Source of the DNA: Candidatus Xenobia bacterium
Lineage (GTDB): Bacteria > Vulcanimicrobiota > Xenobia > Xenobiales > QWHO01
Assembly: GCA_045863235.1 (NCBI GenBank)
Contig: BTUM01000032.1
Coordinates: 1 to 64,000, forward strand
Direction: 5' to 3'
DNA: 64,000 bases
Numbering within the stretch: position 1 is the stretch's first letter; each line of letters opens with the position of its first letter. Position numbers and translations under genes: made by a program. The notes beneath the pieces were generated by a model. It saw nothing but the letters and a program-made list of their open reading frames with translations. It searched no databases and was not told the origin of the DNA. Shown piece after piece: positions 41,542-48,935 of this stretch.

Positions 41542-43023
41542 TTGGGATTGCCCTTCGGGGCCGCCTGCCTTCTTGCCTTTCTCTCGGCATTCCTGCTGTA
41601 TCTTGCCTTCCCGCATCCCCACATTTCAGGCTTCGTCTGGGTGGCCGCCCTCCCGTTCTATCTCGCCTGTCGCTTTCAGGGTCCGGTCCGGGGAGCTGTG
41701 CTCGGGCTCCTGTTTGGTTGCGCCTTCCAGTATTCGTTGCTATCCTGGGCCACCGTTTTTGGGACCGCCGCCCAGGTCGCCCTGGTGCTTTATAAGGCCG
41801 TCGCTCCCGCCCTCCTGGGCGCTCTTTTGGGCTCCTACCGTCCTCCCACTCCCCTTCATGGCGCCCTCTTTGGCGCGGCTGCCTGGGTGGGCATGGAGTA
41901 CTTCCAGATCCTGGGTCCTCTGGGCATGACCTGGGGCATGCTGAGCCATACTCAGTCTCGAATTCTGCCCTGGATTCAGATCGGTGAGCTGTTTGGTCCC
42001 TGGGGACTTTCCTTCGCCATCGCCTTCTGGAATGCGGCCCTGGCTGAATTGTTCTGGCGACGCAAGCGAGCCCTTACGACGGTGGGTGCTGCGGCTGGCC
42101 TTCTGGCAGTCATCTTCTCCTACGGAATCGTGCGCCTGCAGCATCCATGGGGAAACGGCCATTCACTGACATGGGGAGTGGTCCAGACCTCCATGCCCCA
42201 GGATCAGCGCTGGGACCCGAGCTTTCGCGAAGAGATCATGGGCCGGCTCGACCGGTTGACCCGAGAATCCGCCTCTCAGGGCGCGCGTCTAATTCTCTGG
42301 CCGGAGACCAGCGTGCCTTATCCTTTCTTTTTGGAGACCTGGCCCCTGCGCTCCCGCGTGGGCGGGCTGGCCCAGAGCCTGCAAAGCTTCATTCTGACCG
42401 GCTCCATCGAGCGCGCCTCCGAGCCCAACGCCACTCGCAACGTGGCCACCCTGGTCGCTCCTGACGGCGAGCTTCTGGCCACCGCCGAGAAAATCCGGCT
42501 GGTGCCATTCGGCGAGTATCTGCCGTTGCCCCGTTTCATGCGCGACTGGCCGATCTTCGACCGGGTCATGCGCTACGTTCCCGGCACGCAGCACGTCATT
42601 TTTCCCGACCCCACATCCTTTGGCGTTCTCATCTGCTACGAGTCCATGGTGCCTCACGAGCCGCGCAAGAAGGTCGAGCGTGGTGCCGGGGTGCTGGCTG
42701 TGATCACCAACGACGCCTGGTTTGGAAAGTCGTCGGCCGCCATGCACCACTTCGAGATGGCCATCATGCGGGCGGTGGAGATGCGCAGGCCGGTCGTCCA
42801 GTGCGGCAACAACGGTATCTCGGGCTTCATCCTTCCGACCGGCGAGGTGATGGTCGAGTCGGGTCTCGATGAAGTCGTTCAGTTGACCCGTGAGGTTCGG
42901 CCCGAGACCTACCGAACGATTTACAGCCGTACTGGCGATCTGCTGGCTTATCTGTGTCTGGCCATGATGCTCTGGCTCATCAGGTTGCAGTTGGGCGAGC
43001 GAACGCAATGCGTGAAGAGCTGA
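41542..43023 (+). CDS. lnt: Apolipoprotein N-acyltransferase
   Basis: Multi-TM N-terminus; triad WPET, K..LVPFGEY, ICYE; TNDAWF. Start uncertain (41488 possible). Confidence 0.93.
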   Translation: MGLPFGAACLLAFLSAFLLYLAFPHPHISGFVWVAALPFYLACRFQGPVRGAVLGLLFGCAFQYSLLSWATVFGTAAQVALVLYKAVAPALLGALLGSYRPPTPLHGALFGAAAWVGMEYFQILGPLGMTWGMLSHTQSRILPWIQIGELFGPWGLSFAIAFWNAALAELFWRRKRALTTVGAAAGLLAVIFSYGIVRLQHPWGNGHSLTWGVVQTSMPQDQRWDPSFREEIMGRLDRLTRESASQGARLILWPETSVPYPFFLETWPLRSRVGGLAQSLQSFILTGSIERASEPNATRNVATLVAPDGELLATAEKIRLVPFGEYLPLPRFMRDWPIFDRVMRYVPGTQHVIFPDPTSFGVLICYESMVPHEPRKKVERGAGVLAVITNDAWFGKSSAAMHHFEMAIMRAVEMRRPVVQCGNNGISGFILPTGEVMVESGLDEVVQLTREVRPETYRTIYSRTGDLLAYLCLAMMLWLIRLQLGERTQCVKS

Positions 43024-43844
43024 CCCGGCTTGAAAGAGTCTTCCTGGCGATGATCGCCCGGGCCCAATCTCTGACCCAGCTCGAGCAAACGAACCGACAC
43101 ATCTTTGGGCGACGTGGCCAGCTGACTCTTGCGCTGCGTTCGCTGCGCGATTGCCCGGAGAGGGAGCGACCGGCTCTGGGAAAGCTCGGCAACCGGATCA
43201 AGGAGAGCCTGCAACACGCCATCGGGCAGAGACGCGAGGAGTTGCGCCAGGTCAGCCAGGTCCAGCGCCTGGAGTTCGAGCAGCTTGATGTCACCCTGCC
43301 AGGCATTCGGCCCGTCAGTGGACGCCTTCATCCCCTGCGCGAGCTGGAAGCGGAAAGCGGTCACTGGCTTCGTCTGCAGGGCTTCCTGCCCGCGCGGGTT
43401 GGACCCCTGCCGGATCGGCTGGGGGAATTGAGTGGGCGGCGCTACGGCTCTCGGCTGGTCTGCAGCCCTGAATGGGGAGGCTGGGGGCATCAGGAAGGGA
43501 TGCCCACTCCTCCCGTCGACCCGGCCTGCGGACACCTGCTGGAGGCGATTGCCACGGGTGAGCAGTGGACTGTCGGTCAGCTCAAGGGCTGGCTGGAGAC
43601 CTGGGGCAGGCAGTTCCTGGGCTATGTTTCGCTTCGATGCGTTCCCGGCTCGGTTACGTGGGCCAGCCCTTCGCTGCACCTGCTGGGGCCTTTCCGGGGG
43701 GGCTGGCTGGCGGTTGCCAGCGCCGGCCTGCTCGAGCACGGGGCCTGCCTGGCAATCTCTCTCGAGCGGGCCGCGGCCGTTCGCTACAATCTCGACCCGG
43801 GTGTCTTTCAATCCCTCGACTGGCGTTTCGTGGCTCAATTCTGA
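43008..43844 (+). CDS. pheS: Degenerate phenylalanine--tRNA ligase alpha-like protein (catalytic motifs lost)
   Basis: N-terminal coiled coil GRRGQLT..ERPALG, DVTLPG, G.LHP and C-terminal RF.AQF kept; RTHTS, motif 2 and motif 3 missing. Confidence 0.8.
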   Translation: MREELTRLERVFLAMIARAQSLTQLEQTNRHIFGRRGQLTLALRSLRDCPERERPALGKLGNRIKESLQHAIGQRREELRQVSQVQRLEFEQLDVTLPGIRPVSGRLHPLRELEAESGHWLRLQGFLPARVGPLPDRLGELSGRRYGSRLVCSPEWGGWGHQEGMPTPPVDPACGHLLEAIATGEQWTVGQLKGWLETWGRQFLGYVSLRCVPGSVTWASPSLHLLGPFRGGWLAVASAGLLEHGACLAISLERAAAVRYNLDPGVFQSLDWRFVAQF

Positions 43845-45976
43845 TGCGAGTACCGTTTGTCTGGCTCAAGGAGTATGTCGAGATTTTCGAGCCCCTGACT
43901 CAGGTTGCCGAGGAAATCAGCTCGCTGGGCTACCCGGTGGCCGGGACCGGAACCGTGGGAGCACCCGTGCGCGGCGTTCTGGTGGGTCAGGTGAGCAGTA
44001 TCGCGCCTCACCCCAAAGCCGATTTGATGAAGGTTTGCCAGATCGATCTCGGAGACGAAGGAGAAGCCCAGATCGTGACCACGGCTGGGAACGTGCGCCT
44101 GGGGCAGAAAGTCGCTGCCGCCTTGCACGGAGCGGTTCTGGCCGGGGGAACTCGCATCAAGCGAGGGCGCTTGCGCGGGGTTCTCTCCGAGGGAATGCTG
44201 TGCTCGGCTGACGAGCTGGGTCTGTCGGCTCTCGACCTGCCCCACGAGCAGCGTCACGGACTCATCGAGATGCCCGAGCAGAGCGAGCCGGGAACTGATG
44301 TCATGGACCTGTTGGGCCTGGACCAACAGGTGATCCTGTTGACGCCCTGGCCGGAACGAAACCCCGGTGGGCTGATTGGACTCGCACGTGAGCTGGCGGT
44401 TCGGATGGAGCGAAGCCTCGAGAGCCCCTCTCTTGCTCCGGCCGAGACCAGCGCTACGGGCTGGTTCGAAGAGCCCGATCCGGCTGCCGTCTGCGAGCTC
44501 GGAGTCTGCCTGCTGCAGGGCGTCAAGCTCGAGCCTTCCCCGGCCTGGATGGCTCGTCGCTTGCGAGCAGCCGGGCTGCATACGGTCATGAACGTGCTCG
44601 ACATCGTGCGCTACGTGATGGTGGAGACCGGTCAGCCCTTGCACGTCTATGATCTGGACCGACTGCGACCTCCGCTGAGTATGCGCCCAAGCACGCCGGG
44701 CGAGTCCCTGCGGCTTGGAGAGACGGTGCGCGAGCTTCCTCCTGGCACCTGGGTGGTCTGCGACGGGAGAGGCCCCGTAGCTGTTGCCGGTGTGGCTGTG
44801 GGCAGCGATTTTCAAGTGCATCCCCGGACCCGACGCGTACTGGTCAAGGCGGCTCGCTATCGGCCAGGCCTGGTAGAGGAGAACGGTCGCCTCCTGGGGG
44901 TCGCTACGGAGTCGTCGCGGCGCTTTGTGGCTGGCCCCCGGGGCAGCCACCTGACCCTGGCTCTGCAGCGCGCGAGCTGGTTGCTTCAGAGGCTGGCTCG
45001 GGGGCGATTGCAGGCCGTACAAAGCTGGCGCTGTGACGATCAACCCGAGTTTGAGCTCGACCCGGCCTTTCTCGAACGCCATCTCGGGCCTCTTGACTCG
45101 GGCTGGCTCGACCAGGCTCTGGTGGCCGCTGGTATCGGCTATCATCGAGTGGGCAGCCAGTTGCGAGTGAGCGTCTCGGCTCACCGGGTCCTGGAGGACC
45201 TGGTGCGTCTTCGCGGGGTGGACCGTCTCGAAGCAGTGCCTGCGACCCTGCGGGCCTCCCCAACCGATGAGCTGGATGTGCGACGTCGACTGGCGATGAT
45301 GGGATTTTCGGAAGTGGTGTCCGGCTCTCTGCCTCAGCCCTGGTTGGGATTGCTCGAGCTGGCTGGTCGGCGCGGTCAGGACGAGCTAAGGCTGATGGAG
45401 CAGGTCGAGAGTGAGCTTTGTTTGCTGGTTTCGGGACACGATTCAGCCTATCTTCACTTGAAAGGTCTTCTTGAAATGCTTGCCGAACTCGCCCAGGCCG
45501 AGCTGTCTTTCGAGCCTGCCGAGTTGCCCTGGCTGCACCCGGGTAGCTCGGCGAAGATTAGCCTGGGTAATGCTCCTCTGGGCTGGTTGGGGGAGCCGCA
45601 TCACGGGCACGAGGACCGGGTTCAATCGACCCTCGCGGTAGCACTCATCGACAAGGAGCGACTGGCTGCTCGAGCCCGCCCTCGGGGGCTCTTCAATCCG
45701 GATGAAGTCCGTTGGGTCGAGCGAGATCTTGCGGTGCTGGTGCCCGAGCAAGTCTGGGCCGGGAAGGTAGTCGACCAGGCCCGTCAGGCAGGGGGGGCCA
45801 TGCTGGTTTCGATCCGGTGCTTCGACGTCTATCGAGGGAGCCAGATTCCCGAGGGATGGAAGAGTCTGGGGTTGAGGATCAGGTTGCAGTGCGATCGGGA
45901 GGCCGAGATCAAGTCCATTCTGGGCCGGATCCTGGGGCAACTGGAACAGAATCTTGGTGCTCGCTTGCGGGCTTGA
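43844..45976 (+). CDS. pheT: Degenerate phenylalanine--tRNA ligase beta-like protein
   Basis: WLKEYV, HP.AD, RGVLSEGMLCS, GQPLH.YD, WLHPG, RDLAV..FDVY.G..KSL; 710 aa; TGATG coupling to the alpha-like gene. Confidence 0.85.
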   Translation: MRVPFVWLKEYVEIFEPLTQVAEEISSLGYPVAGTGTVGAPVRGVLVGQVSSIAPHPKADLMKVCQIDLGDEGEAQIVTTAGNVRLGQKVAAALHGAVLAGGTRIKRGRLRGVLSEGMLCSADELGLSALDLPHEQRHGLIEMPEQSEPGTDVMDLLGLDQQVILLTPWPERNPGGLIGLARELAVRMERSLESPSLAPAETSATGWFEEPDPAAVCELGVCLLQGVKLEPSPAWMARRLRAAGLHTVMNVLDIVRYVMVETGQPLHVYDLDRLRPPLSMRPSTPGESLRLGETVRELPPGTWVVCDGRGPVAVAGVAVGSDFQVHPRTRRVLVKAARYRPGLVEENGRLLGVATESSRRFVAGPRGSHLTLALQRASWLLQRLARGRLQAVQSWRCDDQPEFELDPAFLERHLGPLDSGWLDQALVAAGIGYHRVGSQLRVSVSAHRVLEDLVRLRGVDRLEAVPATLRASPTDELDVRRRLAMMGFSEVVSGSLPQPWLGLLELAGRRGQDELRLMEQVESELCLLVSGHDSAYLHLKGLLEMLAELAQAELSFEPAELPWLHPGSSAKISLGNAPLGWLGEPHHGHEDRVQSTLAVALIDKERLAARARPRGLFNPDEVRWVERDLAVLVPEQVWAGKVVDQARQAGGAMLVSIRCFDVYRGSQIPEGWKSLGLRIRLQCDREAEIKSILGRILGQLEQNLGARLRA

Positions 45977-45991
45977 AGGAAGGAGGAACGT

Positions 45992-46531
45992 ATGACCGGC
46001 CTCGATATGCTGCTGCTGATCTTGATCGTCGCGTTTATCTATCTCGGTTACCGCCGAGGCGTGATCGGCGAGGCATTCGATATCATTACCGGCATCGTGA
46101 CGGGCATCGTCGGGGTCATCGTCTACGCTCCCCTGGGAAAGATGATCGATCAGTGGACCGAATGGGGAGTCGGCCCATCTCAATGGCTGGCTTTCTTTCT
46201 GGTCGGGTGCCCGGTGGCCGTGTGCCTGTTGATTCTCGGCATGCACCTCGATCGAATCGCCCGCGATGACAAGAAGATTCCCGACGCCATCATGGCCTAT
46301 GGTGGGCTCTTCTTGAGCATCTTCAAGTCTCTGTTCGTGCTCTGGCTGGCCCTGATGCTGCTGAAAGCGAGTCCTCTTTACAGCAAAACGACCCGTGAAG
46401 AGTTTACCAATGCTCCCGTCGTCAATTTCATTGAAGATACTGGCGGAACAGCCGGGAAGGCCATCTTCGGCGTCATGGCACCGGGCAATGTCCAGAAGCA
46501 GTTGGGGCCCTTCCTGCAATCGGGATTCTAG
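45992..46531 (+). CDS. cvpA: CvpA family membrane protein
   Basis: LD.L.L....IYLGYRRG...E; four TM segments; AAGGAGG RBS. Confidence 0.8.
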   Translation: MTGLDMLLLILIVAFIYLGYRRGVIGEAFDIITGIVTGIVGVIVYAPLGKMIDQWTEWGVGPSQWLAFFLVGCPVAVCLLILGMHLDRIARDDKKIPDAIMAYGGLFLSIFKSLFVLWLALMLLKASPLYSKTTREEFTNAPVVNFIEDTGGTAGKAIFGVMAPGNVQKQLGPFLQSGF

Positions 46532-46535
46532 GAGG

Positions 46536-46991
46536 ATGGCCTGCTGGTTGCTCAAGAGTGAGCCCGAGGTATTCTCCATCGACGACCTTCAGCGCAAGAA
46601 GGTCGAGGGCTGGGACGGTGTGCGCAACTACCAGGCGCGCAACTATCTCAAGAGCATGCGCAAGGGCGATCAAGCCTTCTTCTATCATAGCCGTGAGAAG
46701 CCCCCGGGCATCGTGGGGATCTGCAAAGTAGTGCGCACTGCTTACCCTGACGATACGGCCAGCAATCCCAGGAGCCCCTATTATGATCCTCGCCACACTG
46801 CCGAAAACCCTGTCTGGTTTCGGGTGGACGTCGAGTTCGTGGAGAAGTTCTCGCGCTTGCTCTCCCTCGATGAGCTCAAGGCTACCCGTGGCCTGGAGCA
46901 GATGGTCGTGACGCGCAAGGGCAGTCGCCTTTCGGTGCAGCCAGTGACACCGAAGGAGTGGAAGACTGTGCTCAAGCTGCTCGAGTCGTGA
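46536..46991 (+). CDS. EVE domain protein
   Basis: WLLKSEP, WDGVRNYQARN, FFYHS, RLSVQPV. Confidence 0.93.
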   Translation: MACWLLKSEPEVFSIDDLQRKKVEGWDGVRNYQARNYLKSMRKGDQAFFYHSREKPPGIVGICKVVRTAYPDDTASNPRSPYYDPRHTAENPVWFRVDVEFVEKFSRLLSLDELKATRGLEQMVVTRKGSRLSVQPVTPKEWKTVLKLLES

Positions 46992-47677
46992 TCGAGCTGG
47001 TTCTGGTGCGCCACGCGCAGCCGATGTGGGAACCCGGTGGGCGGGCGGTGGACAACCCTGAGTTGACCGAGTTGGGACTGCAGCAGGCCAACCGGTTGGC
47101 AGAGTGGCTTTCGGGCGAGCACTTTGACGCCTTCTATTGCAGTCCCTTATTGCGTTGCCGCCAGACGGCCGCCCCTCTGGAGGCCCTCTGGCGGCGCTCG
47201 TGCACCATTTTGAGCTGGTTGGAGGAGATCAGGCTGCCCACCCTGGAGGGCCAACCATCCGCCCAGGTGCACGAGTTTCTGGCTCAAGTTCGAGCCCGCG
47301 ACCTGGAAGATTGGTGGGAGGGGGCTCCAGGCGGGGAGTCCTTTCGCCACTTTCACGAGCGAGTTGTGGGTGGTCTGGAGCCCCTGCTGACTCGCGACCA
47401 TCGCGCGGAGCTGCACTCCGAGGCTTCCTACCGACTGTGGCAGGTACCTTCGGAAAGCGAGCGCATTCTGGTGGTGGCCCACGGGGGCACGATCGCTGTC
47501 ATGCTCAGCTTCTTGCTCGGAATCGAGCCGGTTCCCTGGGAGTGGGAGCGTTTCAAAGTCGGCTGGTGTGGCCTGTCGGTCGTACGCTCGGTCGAACTGG
47601 CTACGGGAGCTCTGTGGTCTCTGACCAGTTTCAATGCCCGCGGCCACCTGGCCGGGCTACCCGACCCATGGGGTTAA
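46988..47677 (+). CDS. Histidine phosphatase family protein
   Basis: LVRHA, SPLLRC.QTA, PGGES, VAHGG. Confidence 0.85.
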   Translation: MIELVLVRHAQPMWEPGGRAVDNPELTELGLQQANRLAEWLSGEHFDAFYCSPLLRCRQTAAPLEALWRRSCTILSWLEEIRLPTLEGQPSAQVHEFLAQVRARDLEDWWEGAPGGESFRHFHERVVGGLEPLLTRDHRAELHSEASYRLWQVPSESERILVVAHGGTIAVMLSFLLGIEPVPWEWERFKVGWCGLSVVRSVELATGALWSLTSFNARGHLAGLPDPWG

Positions 47678-47680
47678 CGG

Positions 47681-48148
47681 TCAGGGAACCTCGATCTTCC
47701 AATCGGTCAGTTCGACGGGGGGGGTGAGCTTGGCGCCCGAGGCTCGAAACTGGACAAAGACCGAGCTCTTTGCGGGTAAGGCGACGTCTCTGGCCGTGAA
47801 GAAGTATTCGGTCACCGCTTCTTCGCCTTCGCCCAGAACCTTCTCGGTCCGTTCCATCTTGGTGTAGGCGGCGCTGGAGCCGGCCTCATCGACCACACGA
47901 TATTCCAGATCCTCGACGATCGGTTTCTCATTGCCCCAGTCTCCCAGGCCGTTGTTGGCCTCAAGGGTCACCTTGCCGTTGCTCGGGGGCCAGGGAGACA
48001 TCTTGACGGACAATTCCGAGTCGTCGGAAAGCTGCCAGAAGGTTTCCGATGGCTTCTCTTCTCCGCTCTGGCTGGAGTCAGGAGCGGGGGGCGAGGAGCA
48101 GCCCAGGAAAAGCATGGCAGACACGAGCACGGTGAGCAATCTTCGCAT
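47681..48148 (-). CDS. Hypothetical lipoprotein
   Basis: MRRLL...FLGC lipobox. Confidence 0.7.
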   Translation of the reverse strand: MRRLLTVLVSAMLFLGCSSPPAPDSSQSGEEKPSETFWQLSDDSELSVKMSPWPPSNGKVTLEANNGLGDWGNEKPIVEDLEYRVVDEAGSSAAYTKMERTEKVLGEGEEAVTEYFFTARDVALPAKSSVFVQFRASGAKLTPPVELTDWKIEVP

Positions 48149-48183
48149 GCCTGGCTTGATGCGACGGACCTTCGGCAGGGTCC

Positions 48184-48203
48184 TTTTTCAGGGATTTTTC
48201 AGG
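48184..48203. promoter_or_regulatory. TTTTTCAGG direct repeat, 11-bp period
   Basis: The same pair recurs at 53366-53385; both lie in divergent intergenic regions. Confidence 0.55.
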
Positions 48204-48278
48204 GCTTGTGCATACAACAAGCGGGCTTTCTGGGGTTCTGTCCCCCAGCAGCAATCTCTCGATCGAGGAGCACTCATC

Positions 48279-48869
48279 ATGGTCATCACCCAGACTGCCC
48301 CCCAGCTCAACGCCGTCCGCGCTGCCTCCAGCGCCCCGGTGGAGGCTCCTCCGGACCAGGACAAAGACCAGGACAAGGCCGAGCTGAAAGCCCTGTGGAA
48401 TGAGGTCAGGACTCCCACCCTGATCGGGACCGGCGCAGGTTTTGCCGCGGGTGCTGCCGCCGGCTCGGTTGGTGGCATCCTGGGTGGCATCGCTGGAGCT
48501 GGAACCATGGTGGCCGGCACGGTGGCCGGTGCGGCCCTGGGCGGATATCTGGGCCTGCAGCTGGGGATGAAGATCGGTGAGAACAAGGACCTTCTGGGAG
48601 TGCTGCTGGTCATGGGCACCACTTCGGCTGGCCTGGTGCTGGGGGGTTATGCCGGTTTTTATGGCGGGCTGGCCCTGGGCGCGGTGGCCGGTGCCTCGGG
48701 TGGGGTTCTGGGCGCTGTGGCAGGCGGTCTGGGAGCCGCTCCGGTAGCCGGGCTGGTGACCGGGGGCGTGGCCGCCTTCCGCGAGGTCAAGGCTCACCCC
48801 GAGAAGTACCCCACCCTGATCAAGAACTGGCAGGAGGCTGGCAAGTCCAAGGACGAGCCCAAACCCTGA
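48279..48869 (+). CDS. Glycine-zipper membrane protein with S/A/P-rich leader
   Basis: GAGGAG RBS; long (GxxxG)n hydrophobic segments. Confidence 0.75.
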   Translation: MVITQTAPQLNAVRAASSAPVEAPPDQDKDQDKAELKALWNEVRTPTLIGTGAGFAAGAAAGSVGGILGGIAGAGTMVAGTVAGAALGGYLGLQLGMKIGENKDLLGVLLVMGTTSAGLVLGGYAGFYGGLALGAVAGASGGVLGAVAGGLGAAPVAGLVTGGVAAFREVKAHPEKYPTLIKNWQEAGKSKDEPKP

Positions 48870-48935
48870 GCTCTGCCCGTCTGAACGAACAACTATTCTC
48901 CAGGAAACCAATGTACCGCGCAGAAAACCGATCCC

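Noticed and set aside
43008..45976. Calling pheS/pheT simple pseudogenes
   Set aside because: No stops or frameshifts over ~3 kb, coupling is preserved, and conservation is domain-selective
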